A stretch of DNA of 64,000 bases from Somniosus microcephalus (taxonomy: Eukaryota): NCBI GenBank assembly GCA_052327205.1, contig CM126203.1, positions 340,814,001-340,878,000 of the forward strand, read 5' to 3'. Below are positions 35,996-48,453 of this stretch, one piece after another. Position numbers and translations under genes: made by a program. The stretch's first letter is position 1. Every line of letters starts with the position of its first letter. Under the pieces are notes generated by a model. The model was not told where the DNA came from. It worked only from the letters and a program-made list of their open reading frames with translations, and searched no databases.

Positions 35996-37559
35996 CAGAG
36001 TGGTAAATCTGGACATCTTGTAGGAGCTGTTATATTTAATAAGACTCTTATGATCTTGGCCATGTTGTGTTTCTTGTATGGCTAATGGGGAGTAGACTGC
36101 TATCTATGTTCTTGGGTAAAACTATTTTCCATTGTGCCTTCCCTTTCCTCGGTCATCCTTATCCATAGGCATGAACGTAAATAGGGAATTGTAGTGAATT
36201 TGGGAGCTAGGTGGGCATTATTCTGTATAGAATGAGTCCAGAACACCGGCATCTGGTTCCACTTTACTTTTCTCCACTAAAATTTGCATTATAACTTTGC
36301 ATGCAAATTTACTAATTCTGGTTGACCTTTATGCACTTAAATGTCGGCACAATGTTGATTGTTGCTTTTTATCAGATCCTGCTGCATCAGCCTTTTTATT
36401 GCTGAACAGCAACCTTACCGACTTGCCAGGCTTCACTTATAAGAATTACTCGATGATGTGACTTAAACTGGCACAGCTACTTTTTTTTTTTCATTATTAA
36501 ATGGCAAAATGTCACTCGAGTCACAACAGCGAGGGGGGAACAAAGTGAGGTTAACAGCAACAACAAAGTCCGACTTCAAAGTGCAATCATTGAAGCAAAA
36601 CCAAAATAAGAACACTTTTTCTATTTTTAAATAGTGATTGTAGCTTGAAAAATTATAATTGTGAGACTTCAAAGCTGTGGGATTGTTCTGGGGGAGCAGG
36701 CTGTTAACACTTGGGACCACTGTTTATCATTCAAGCTTTGTCACAAAGAATAAGATTTGAGGTTGCAGAGGTATACATGTTGCACGGAGCATTGCAACAG
36801 CTCTCCAAGCAATTGGTTTTCTACTGACTAGCTGCCAGAATATATCTTGGCTCAAGGCTGAACAAAGGAGGGCTTGCTGTTGGTGTTCAAAGAGCAGCTG
36901 CTTTGCAGTGCATCTCCCTAATGTTACTTTGGAAAAAGGGATTTCAGCTTCCAAAAGTTACAATCCAGCAGCTGCTTGGGATTGGCGTAAATGGCAAATC
37001 ATTGGTGTGAAAGGAGTTGGTGTTCACTTACTTGTCTGGGATCCATTTATTTGGGGGGCGTCCATAGCTGCGAGTACTCTGGGAAGGATTAATGTTCCAT
37101 GTACTTCTCCTTACAAAGGTTCCTTTGGTTTTTATATCCTGTTTTTCCCCCATCCTTCAAGTTGTACACAATTTCTTCACTAAGCAGTGGAAGTTGGATA
37201 ATCTCCAGGAATCTGCTGGTGCTGTTCTGTAGACAGTAACTAGGAGCTGCTCAATATGGCTTAACTTGTTTTATTTCCCCCTTGAAATCATATGTTGGGT
37301 CTTTGCCACTGATGTGCAATTGTGAACCTAGAAGTTACCTAAATGGTGAATATTGAGCAGTGAAATTGAAAACATTACTGGTGTTTTACTGGTATAAAAT
37401 GCTTTAGATTCTCAGAAGGTTTAGGACATCCAGGCTGCAGGAATTTTTAAGGACTGTATAGACTTCAGTTTTGAGATTGCAATTGAGAATGTGAGGAGAG
37501 CAAGCATGAAAGGCATTGTTTAAAAGTGAAACCATAAAAAAAAAAATTTAAAAAAAAAA

Positions 37560-37730
37560 AATAAAAAAAAATCTCCGGATGTGGATGATGCTGCATTAAT
37601 TTCCTATTCCACGTTGTGGTGATGGGCATTATCCTTGAACTGCTACAGTCCTTGTGACGGTGCTCCCACAATAGTGTTGGATAATCCCTGGATATTGACC
37701 CAGTGAAAGACAATACATATCAGTCAGCAT
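37560..37730 (-). mobile_element. Decayed LINE A 3' fragment
   Basis: ggatgtggatgatgctgcattaattt...ccttgaactgctacagtcc...ctcccacaatagtgttgg. Confidence 0.6.
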
Positions 37731-37746
37731 GGTGTGCCACTTGTTA

Positions 37747-39075
37747 CATAAGAACATAAGAAATAGGAGCAGGAGTAGGCCATTTGGCCCTTCGAGCCTG
37801 CTCCACCGTTCAATTGAGATCACGGCTGATCTTCTACCTCAACTCCACCTTCCTGCACTATCCCCATATCCCTTAATTCCCCAAAATTTATCGACCTGTG
37901 TCTTGAATATACTCAACCAGCTCTCTGGGCTAGAGAATTCCAAAGATTCACAAGCCTTTGAGTGAAGAAATTTCTCCTTATCTCAGTCCTAAATGGCCGA
38001 CCCCTTATTCTGAGACTGACCCCCGTGTTCTAGATTCCCCAGCTAGGGAAGCATTTTCTCAGCATTAACCATGTCCAGCCCCTTAAGAATTTTGTGTGTT
38101 TCAATTCGATCACCCCTCATTCTTCTAAACTCTAGGGAATATAGGCCTAGTCTACTCAATCTCTCCTCATCCCAGGAGCCAGTCTAGTGAACCTTTGTTG
38201 CACTCCCTCTAAGGCAAGAATGTCTTTCCTTGGGTAAGGAGACCAGAACTGTACACAGTACAGGAAACTTTGGTTTATCCGGAGGTTGTATGTCCGGAAT
38301 ACTCGATCTAACGGCAAAAATCAGGAGCCGTTTTCTGTAAGGTTTTTTTAGATCTCGTTCTTTTTTGTTCCCCAGTCAGCCACTGCAAGGTCTGCAGCTA
38401 TAGCAACAGCTTCAGCTAGAGACTCTTGCAGCTGCAGCCGACTCTTTAGAAGCTGTTGCTAAGCAACAGTGTTTGTTGTCAGATACGGAGATGAAAACCT
38501 CTGTATGCTTCAACATTAACTTTGTATGTCCGGCAGTTTTGATAGATCGGCAACATGCCGGTCCCGTCGCTGCTGGATATCTCAAAGTTTCTTTTACTCC
38601 AGGTGTGGCCACGCCAATGCCCTGTATAATTGTAGTAAGACTTCTTTATTCTTCCACTCTAATCCCTTTGTAACAAAAGCTAACATACCATTTGCTTTCC
38701 TAATTGCTTGCTGTACGTGCATGTTAACTTTCTGTGATTCATGTACAAGGACCCAGGTCCCTCTGAATGCAAACATTTCCCAGTCTCTTTCCATTCAAAA
38801 AATATTCTTTTTTGTTTTTCCTACCAAAGTAGATAACTTCACATTTCCCCACATTGGGCAAGAACATGGCAAATGGAATAGTGTCAGTCAACCTGTCTAT
38901 ATCTCTCTGCAGCCTCTTTGCATCCTCCTCACACCTTACTTTCCCACCTAACTTTGCACTATCAGTAACACTCGGTCCCTTCATCCAAGTCATTAATATA
39001 GATTGTAAATAGCTGAGACCCAAGCAATGATCCTTGCGGTGCCCCGCTAGTTACAGCCTGCCAACCTGGAAAAGT
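37747..39075 (-). mobile_element. CR1 LINE, 5'-truncated, with nested MITE
   Basis: Tail cataagaacataagaaataggagcaggagtaggcc. ORF 38594..38794 has KANGMLAF..LLQLYRAL..PHLE. Confidence 0.9.
38261..38594 (-). mobile_element. MITE family M1, copy 2 (inverted), inserted in CR1
   Basis: The host sequence acacagTActccaggtg is split as acacagTA [element] TActccaggtg, which shows the TA duplication. Begins CAGGAAACTTTG. Confidence 0.9.
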
Positions 39076-39089
39076 CCTGTTTATTCCTA

Positions 39090-41485
39090 CTGTGTTGGTG
39101 ATGGTGTTCCCACAACATTGCTACTCTTTTCCTTCTCCATGGTAGAGGTTGCAGGGGAGGAAGGTGTCATTGAATTATCCTTGATGAATTGTTACAAGCA
39201 TCATGTAGGTCATACATACTACAGTAGTAATCCACTGGTGATGGAGGGAGTGGATATCGAGACCAGTGGCACAGATACTGATCAATCGAGTTGCTCTGTC
39301 CTGGATATTGAACTGCTTCACTGTTGCTGCTGGACCCATCTACGTGAGGGGTGAATATTCCATCACACTCCTGACCTTGTAGATGGTGAAGAGTTAAGGA
39401 GGTGAATCACTTGTCACAGAGTACCAAGTGACTGGCTCTTGAAGCCATGTTGTTGATATGCCTGTTGTAGTTGGGCTTCTGGGGGACTTGAAGTGGTGCT
39501 GTTGAAGGTTTGGGGGAGATGGCTGGGCTTTCTCTTGTTCAAGATGATCATTGCCTATCACTTGTTGCGTGAATATTATCTGCCACTTGCAGTGAAAGGT
39601 GCTGGGATTGAGGGTGCTTCCCTGAGGAACTCTGGCAGCGATATCCTGGGGCTGCGACGATTACCTGCTGACAACCACAGCTATTTTAATGTGATGTGTG
39701 ACTCCAGCCACTGGAGGGTTTTCCCTTTAACCTCCATTTGACTTCAGTTTTGCTAGGTCTCCTTGATGACATTCTCTGTCGAATACTGTCTTGATGTTCA
39801 GGTCAGCTACTCACCCCTCTCCTCTCTCATTCAGATCTTTTGTTCATGTCTGCATCAAGGCTTTAAGGTCTGGAGCTGAGTGGTTCGGGTATAACCCAAA
39901 CTGAGTGGCGAGTACATGTCACTTGATGGCATTATTGATGACTCCTTCCGTCACTTTACAGATGATTGGGAAGAGACTGTTGAGGGGTAATTGGCTGGAT
40001 TAAATGTTTCATGTTTTCGTGCATAGGACATACCTGGGCAATCTTCCACTTTGTTGAGTCTACGCCAGTGTCCAGGCTGTACTGGGAAAGCTTGGCTATG
40101 GTGGGCAGCTAGTTCGGGTGTGCAGGTCTTCACTATGACCAGGATTTTGTTGGGGCCCATAGACTTTGCTGTGTCCATTGCACTTAGTTGCTTAATGTCA
40201 CATGAAGTGAACTGAATTGACTGGGCACTGGCATCTATGATCGTGAAGACCTCTAAACTTGTGACTGAAGACACTTGCAAACATTTTAGCATTGTCTCTT
40301 GCACTAGTGTGCTGGGCTCCTCCATGGTTGAGGCTGGAGATGTTCATGGAGCCTCTTTTTAGTTGCCTGGTTAGCCCACCTGGGTTGTCAACTGGATGTG
40401 GTAGGGCTAGAGAGCTAAGCACCGATCCTTTGGTTGTGGGACTGCTTAGCTGTTGCTATAGCCTGCAGCTTTTGGCGTTTAATGTGCAGCTTGCCCTGTG
40501 GTAACTCACTAGGTTGGTACAGTTCCCGCGCTTAAGCAGTGCGTAAGTGTTTGCACCATTTGCCTGCTATAAGCAGTGGACGGTAAAGCCAAGAAGTATC
40601 AAATAAAAAGTGTCAACCAGTTTAGCTTCCAGCCCTACTTTGCTCGTGTAGCAGTTATCAACATCCTAAAGAGGAGAGGGACATAGTACTTTGACGGATG
40701 ATGGAGCGAAAGACAATGAAATCTTGCAGCCTGAGCGATGGCCGGTAAATACATGTAATCCTGTCACTCAGCCACTTTCACCACGCTCCCGATTTGAAGC
40801 AATGGCACTGCAGTACTGAGGCACTCAGCTCCTCAGGTCAATAGTTCATGTACAACCTGAAAGACATTTAATAAATTCTTCAATTTGCCTGAAATCAGCA
40901 GAGCTTTTAAAATGGTAAATAGAGAGAATTAAGTAATTAAGGTAATCTCACTTTAATGAGGTGCGGAAAGCTTATTAAATTGCTTAAACTAGCTGCCACA
41001 CTTAATACACTGGAAACGCCGCCTTTGTAATTGACTTCTATGGTGATGGAATCATTATTGACTTCTATGGTAATGGCTGTCATTAATTTTCTGGTATAGA
41101 CGGTTGCCTGCCACAGGCATGGGCGGTATAAGTGGTGGGGATTGTACCTCCGTTTTAGCTATGTCTCGTGCTGGCCCTGGCACGCCCTTCAATATCCGGC
41201 ATTGACCCAGAGTTGGTATTCTGGCCTGATCATGATTAAGTAAGGGGCGTGCCAGGCTATGAGCATGCGGATTGTATTGTGCAGTTTTGTTGATGGCCCA
41301 CAGTATCTCATGGTTGCCCAGTTTTTGGCTGTTAGATCTATCATTAATCTGTTCCACAGCACAATAGCGTCACACTACACAGTGGAGATGAGACCTTGTC
41401 TTCACAAGGACCGTGCAGCGGTCACTCGTATCTATTGGAACTATAGCGGACAGATGTATCTGCAACTTGTAGCTTGATGAGGTTC
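39090..41485 (-). mobile_element. Old LINE family A copy extending further 5' than the other copies, split by a DNA transposon
   Basis: ORF 39951..40325 has AMDTAKSMGPNKI..KTCTPELAA..NPANY; also MNISSLNHGGAQH. The 5'-most part at 41145-41485 includes SDRCTVLVKTRSHLH. Confidence 0.8.
40520..41144. mobile_element. Tigger/pogo-type non-autonomous DNA transposon
   Basis: Host LINE A is split as ggttggTA [element] TAcctccg. Degenerate TIRs CAGTTCCCGCGCTTA versus reverse complement CAATCCCCACCACTTA. Confidence 0.7.
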
Positions 41486-42080
41486 TATTATGTTTGGGAT
41501 ACATGGAGTTAAGAGTATCAGTTTTAGAAGATAGCAATCTCATGATATGCAGTGGACTACAGTAGCGATGCCTATATTTCAAACTCGATCCATATATTTT
41601 GATATAAACACCTCCTTTACAGCTGTAAAATTATAAATAAATTGAGCAAAGGTGTTGTGTACATCAAGCACTCAGTTGTAGAAGTGATCAAATTAGAATG
41701 ACCCAACATTTAATGTTTGGTGCGTAATTGGGCCATAGATTGTTGCTTTAATAAGACATTATTTAAGAATTTATTTTCTTAAGGCTCCCAACGGAAATGT
41801 TTCTGGAATCCATAGAAGACCCATGAGAGAATGATGTTGCCATTGAATAACAATTTGAAGCCATGATTCTCATATATTCCTGGAAATTTGCAATTTTTGC
41901 TGGGCTTTTATTCCAATGGTACGATTGCACAGCTGATAAGAAACCAGTTGCAACAAAAGTTTGAAGGTTTAAGTTGTTTTAGCCCATGTAATGCCAAAAC
42001 AAGCCATTTAAATATCTTGGTCTAAAATAGTTAAAAGGCCTGCTTTAGTTAACACATCAATCGAACTGTATTTTAAACTA

Positions 42081-42411
42081 CAGGAAACTTTCTGGTATCC
42101 GGCACTGACGGGACCGAGCTGGTGCCGTACCATCAAAACTGCCGTAGAAACCAGCGCTGATGTTAAAACATACGGAGCTTTTGAGCTCCGTGTGAATCAA
42201 CAAACCCTGTTGCTTAGCAACAGCTTCAAAACAGTCGGCTGCAGCTTAAAAGCGTCTCTGTAGCTAAGCAACAGCTTCAGCTAGACCTTGCAGAGCCTGA
42301 CTGGAAAAAAAAAGCAACGAGAAGTAAAAAAACTTATAGGAAATGGCTCCTGAATTTTGCCGGTAGATAGCTTTCCGGACATTTAACCTCCGGTTAAACA
42401 AAAGTTTCCTG
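42081..42411 (+). mobile_element. MITE family M1, copy 3
   Basis: TA-CAGGAAACTTT...AAAGTTTCCTG-TA, collinear with 19659-19981. Confidence 0.9.
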
Positions 42412-44054
42412 TATATAGAGGCTCTACACTATCTATTTGACTGAAGGAGCTTGTATGCCTTTGTTTTAAATACTGACCAGGCAGGGTCCGGCCATTAATT
42501 TAGTTACTTTTAATTGTCTTCCCTTCATTGTTCGATTTGTCATACTTAAAGTAATGACTATCTTATCCAGTGCCTTATTCTTTAATGCCTCTAGAGTAAC
42601 ACTGGTCTGCTGTGGTGCAATTTTTTTTGCCTTGTGTGATGCGAATTTATTGCTGTGCAATTGACTTTCCAGAAATATCTGGAAATGGCCACAAGAACAG
42701 ACACTGGAAAAAGGTCCGCCCGCTCGGCCTGTGCAGTTTTGCAAAAGTGAGCTGTATGACCTGTTCGTGCTTTGCTGGTACTATGCGGATACATTGGTTT
42801 ATAATGTACTGCGGTATAGGGCAAGATTGCCAGCAGAAGTCGGTGAGTGTGCCGTGAAACTGACGGGACTTTCCAGCCACTTCAATGCCAACTGCTCCTT
42901 CGCGTTGGATGCCAGTCCAGCTAGCTTTGTCTTGGATGTAGGCAGAAACCTTTTATACATCTGTTTGTCTTCCTTGATCTGGGGTGTGGGGCACAGGGTG
43001 GCTGTACTGCGAAGCACAGCTGTTCACGAATTGTTGAAATCCGTATTCCCATTGCATCTTTCCCATTATTCTCCCCAGCTCTGCTGTGCAGTTTTTGCTT
43101 AAGTGCATTGCGCCAGACTAAATTGACGAATACGCTGAGACGCACAGAAATGGGCAAAACTGCTTTGAGGTGGTTAATGCTTGTTCTCATGGCTGTCACC
43201 ACCCCCACCCCCTCCTGGTTTTCCTCCGAACTCTCAAGCCTGTTATGTTTTGCAATGATTTCCTCTTGAATAATTTTATGTCATCAGGTGTTCAAATGGA
43301 GGTCCATGTTGAATTGATAAAACATTTCCATCGAGCTGTAGTGAGCACAAAGGTAGAATTTTTCTTTTACTCGCCTTTGATTATCTAGAAAATGTGTACA
43401 TTTTTGTTCTTTGTATTGTGGAGTACGTGGCTCTGAATAAATCTCTCGAACTTTTTCTGGACCATTTTCATCCGAGCTGAGTGCCTTTTCTGAGTAGATG
43501 AGCATCAAATTGTAATGAGTTTATCAGGTGGCTGCTGATGGACCAGTGGACTGAGGGAAGAGGAACGAGATCTAGAATTCGGGAAGCTCTCGTGACCTAC
43601 CGACAGTGTCTCGACTGGGGTGGTTGAAGAAAGGAAAGGGGGTGTTTGCTTTCAGCACCCATAGCAAATGATTGGTTTCACACCATAATCGTACTATACC
43701 ACAAAGGCTTAAGTGCTGCTTGGATATAGACAAAGTTTTATCTGCTAGCGAGGGACCTGCCTCTAGTCTTGTGGTTAACTCTTGTTTGGCCACTCAAATA
43801 TATAATGTAGTGTGGGTTATGTAATGTGACATTGCCCCAAACATCTGTTCATACAAGCATTTGGTTGATCATCTTATTCTTGAACTCCTTTCGGCTTTAG
43901 AATAGGCTGAGCATTGTTCTGATTTTTTTTAAGAATAGGTTAAGCTTTTTTTTTGCCTTTTTTAAGGGATCTTTTTTAAATGGATTTCAAAGTTACATTT
44001 TGATAAATGAACCAGTTGGTCCTACCCAAGAAGTTGTAGGTGTGAAATCCACTA

Positions 44055-44745
44055 GGAGACACGGGGCTGTGGAAGAGCCAAAGGATTTGGGTGTCCATGT
44101 ACACATCACTAAAAGCGAGTGCACAGGTACAAAAAGTAATCCAAAAGCTCATGAAATGTTGGCCTTTATGTCAAAGGACTTTGAATTCAAAAGTGAGGAA
44201 GTGATGCTTCAGTTGTACTGTCTTGGTCAGACCCCATCTGGAGTACTGCATTCAGTTTTGGGTACCGAATCTCAGGAAAGATATTGGAAGGGGTACAGCG
44301 CAGATTCACCAAAATGATACCAGGGCATAAAGGGTTGAGTTATGAGGGCAGGTTGCATAAACTTAGCTTGTAGTCCCTTGAGTTTAGATGGTTGAAGGAT
44401 GATCTATTTGAGGTCTTTTAAATATAAAGGGATCCAATAGGGTAGGTACAGAGAAACTATTTCCTCTGGTGGGGGAATCCAGAACAAGAGCACATAATAA
44501 AATTAAAGCTGGGCCATTTAGGAGTGAAGTTGGGAAACCCTTTTTCCACACTAGGGCTAGTGGAAATATGGAATTCTCTCCTGCAAGTCTGTGGTGCTGG
44601 GTCAATTGAAATTTTGTTGGTTGAGTATCAAGGGATATGAAGCCAAGACTGGTAAATGAAGTTGAGGTACAGATCAGCCATGATCTAACTGAATGGCCGA
44701 GTAGGCTCAAGGGGCTGAATGGCCTACTCCTGTTCCTTGTTCCTA
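44055..44745 (+). mobile_element. CR1 LINE 3' part, decayed
   Basis: PKDLGVHVH..MLAF..EVMLQLY. Tail ggggctgaatggcctactcctgttcc. Confidence 0.85.
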
Positions 44746-47265
44746 AGATAGAGGAGTGGTAATGGATTGGGGTAGAGATGGGAGTGGGAAAGTGCCTGAG
44801 GAGAGAAATGAAAGGTGGTATGACTAGATTACAAGAAAGGGAGGAGACAAGCGAGGCCAAGAGAGAAGAATAGGCTCAAATTCTGAAATCTAGCGTGTTG
44901 TTTGGGTGTATGTGGAATCAAAGTGTTCAGAAACACTCATTCAGCTTCCAAAGTAAGACTGTTAAACTCTTGGGGGAAAAAAATCTTTTTTTCCATAGTT
45001 ATATTTCCTAATTACAGTTGGGCTTCCAAGAGATCATTAATAACATTAAACCCACAGATGGCTTGATTTCAACAAAGTGGGCATGTGTTCTAAGACCTCA
45101 CACAGTTGGAGGTGGAGATGGGCATTCTTGCCTGTGATAGTTAGAAAACAGATAATCCTGTTGAATTGGAAATCTCAAAATAAGCCTTCAATCTCAGTGG
45201 GAAAGAGCTTTAATAAACTTAGCCAGTATGGAATATACTGTAGACAGTATGCAAGTCATGATTCAGAGCAGATGTAGGATCAGTTCCAAAAATACTCTTG
45301 GGAAATTTACACATTGAAGCCATCTAAGTCTGTTACCTTTGGGATTTAACTCTCTTTGTTTAACCAATAAACCAAATCATAAAGTAAAACATGAGTTGGG
45401 TTGCAATTTTACCACATTAAAAATATATATAATGTTTAATGGCACATCTATTATGTTATTTCAACTAATGCAACACATACTGACTTTCTTGCCAACAGAA
45501 ACCATCTCAAATGCCTTTATAAAACCACTTCTTGCTGCAGTCTGCATTTTTGCAGATTTTCAGACCCGGAGACAGTTGTATGTAACATTTTTCTTCAAAT
45601 ATTTGCTTATAGAACATTTATGATGATCATCACCTTCAATATTAATGTGCATCATTTTGAATGAAGAATTATTTAAACATAGTTCCTCTACAAAATTGCT
45701 GTATTGATTTATATTTTGAAGAGAATTCTGAGCTACAGCGATTACATTGGCTTAATCCAGAAGCACTCCAACTTGAAAAAGCTGCAAATGATGTTTGAAG
45801 TTGGCCAATCTATCACCATTGGCTTTGATCTTGTGGCTGAAGTTTTCCCATGTGTACGTTGATGGCCTTTTGGTTCTGAGCCTTCGATCTTTTTGCAGCT
45901 TGCAAGTAGGCCAATTTATTTCTTATGTTCTGAGTAGCCGAATTCCAACCAAATCACTAAATTCTTATACAGTATATAGATTATCCCTGCAGTAAATGCA
46001 GCTGTAACAGAATTATTTTTCCCATTCTTGTATTTGGGAACCCCTAGTTTTGAGACAAATGGCAAATTCCATGAGTTTGTTTTTGATGGTCAGAGATCTT
46101 AATTGCCCCATCTTCAACAGGTTATGTTTAATCCTTTTTGTGATGCGATTTCCCTAATATAGCTGTAGACTTTGGTCGTTCCTTGCCTCTCCCTCCAAAT
46201 ACTTAAAATGTATGACTAAGACGGAGGTCTGCCAAAACAGCTAAGCGATTAGTTGCTTAAATTTTAGCTTAAAAAAAAACTAAGCAGAAACCATTTGCTT
46301 GCCTCCAACGAGGAGGCTTCCAAAACCTGAAACGAAAATGATTTCTAGTGGACAACTTCAGATCTTGTTTAATTTGTGATCTGACCTTTTCTCATAGTTG
46401 TGTGATCGAGTGCCACCAGATGCCTTCAATTTTATTTTCCATTTTGCTGCACGTATTTTTAATATCACAAAATCAACCACATACGGTGGTCATGTTGCAA
46501 GAACAGAGTTGCCTTTCTTTCTGCAGACCGATTGGTACAGCGCTGCTCTAATTTTCACCACTTGCTACACTGACAATGGAGAAGAAATTAAGTTCAAGTT
46601 ATAGTGTGAACTGTTTTAAGCAACTGAGGTTTACAGCTAACCAGATTATGCATCATATCTGTCGAAGTAGGACAATCCAATCACTCCATTTCTTTTGGAA
46701 AATAGAGATGCATAAATAGCTAACCTAATGTTCTAATACTTATTTAATTCAATACATGTACAGAGTATAGATTTCAAAACCATCAGCAGTCCTTTTCACC
46801 AGTGCCTAAATAATAAGCTATGAACCTAAATATGATGTGCACAAGATGTAGTAAGAGTCGTGAGAAACTCCCTGCATCTCCTGTAACCTCTTTGGAATAA
46901 TGTGTTCTATTGCACAGTTGTGAAATATCAGTGTCTTGCAGATTGGACATCAAGATTGAGCATTTTCTCTGAGATAGGGGAACAGATTAAGGTGCATATT
47001 AGATCTGACTTGGAGCTGAATATGTTATGTACACTGCTTCACAGCAGAATGTCTTGACCTTCTCGACAGAACTCCTGTTTAATGCTGATTTATTACAGCT
47101 ACTTTAATATTCTATGCAATTGTAACAAACTACAGAATATGCTTGAATGTGATGAACAATGCTGTAATTTATGTAGAGTAGTGGATATGCTGTGGCATTG
47201 CCTACGGAAAGTCAGGGCAATTTCCTTCGGAGTGCCTTAGTGATACTGTAGGCATGAGGTATTAA

Positions 47266-48453
47266 CTTTTTATTCGTTTATGGGATGTGGACGTCGCTGG
47301 CAAGGCCAGCATTTATTGCCCACCCCTAATTGCCCTCGAAGGTGGTGGTGAGCTGCAGTCCATGTGGTGTAGGTATTCCCACAGTGCTGTTACGGAGGGA
47401 GTTCCAGGGTTTTGACCCAGCAACTATGAAGGATCAGCGATGTACTTCTAAGTCAGGATGGTGTGTGACTTGGAGGTGATGGTGTTCCCATGCGCCTGCT
47501 GCCCTTGTCCTTCTAGGTGGAAGAGGTCGTGGGCTTGGGAGGTGCTGCCGAAGAAGCCTTGGCGAGTTGCTGCAGTGCATCTTGTAGATGGTACACACTG
47601 CAGCCACAGTACGGTGGTGGAGGGCGTGAATGTTTAAGGTGGTGGATGGGGTGCCAATCAAGCGGACTGCTTTGTCCTGGATGGTGTCGAGCTTCTTGAG
47701 TGTTGTTGGAGCTGCACTCATCCAGGCAAGTGGAGAGTATTCCATCACACTCCTTACTTGTGCCTTGTAGATGGTGGAACGGCTTTGGGGAGTCGGGAGG
47801 GGAAACACTCGCAGCAGAATACCCAGCCTCTGACCTCTTGTTGCCACAGTATTTATGTGGCTGGTCCAGTTAAGTTTCTGGTCAATGGTGACCCCAGGAG
47901 GATGATGTTGATGGTGGGGGATTTGGCGATGGTAATGCCGTTGGATGTCAAGGGGAGGTGGTTAGACTCTCGCTTGTTGGAGATAGTCATTGCCTGGCAC
48001 TTCTGTGGCACGAATGTTACCTGCCACTTATCAGCCCAAGCCTGAACGTCGTCCAGGCCTTGTTGCATGAGGGCATGGACTGCTGCTTTATCTGAGGAGT
48101 TGTGAATGGCGCTGAACACTGTGCAGTCATCAGCGAACATCCCCATTTCTGACCTTATATTGGAGGGAAGGTCATTGATGAAGCAGCTGAAGATGCTTGG
48201 GCCTAGGACACTGCCCTGAGGAACTCCTGCAGTGATGTCCTGGGGCTGTCTTGATTGATTTTCAACCACCACAAACCATCTCCCCCCCCCCCCCCCCCCA
48301 CTCAATTCCCATTGACTTCAGTTTTACTAGGGCTCCTTGATGTCAAGGGCAGTCACTCTCACCCCACCTCTGGAATTCAGCTCCTTTGTCCATGTTTGGA
48401 CCAAGGCTGTAATGAGGTCAGGAGCCGAGTGATCTTGGCGGAACCCAAACTGT
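47266..48453 (-). mobile_element. LINE family A, 5'-truncated, relatively young
   Basis: ORF 47853..48305 ([14 protein letters not shown]) and ORF 47434..47847. Collinear with the reverse complement of about 24765-26010. Confidence 0.93.
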
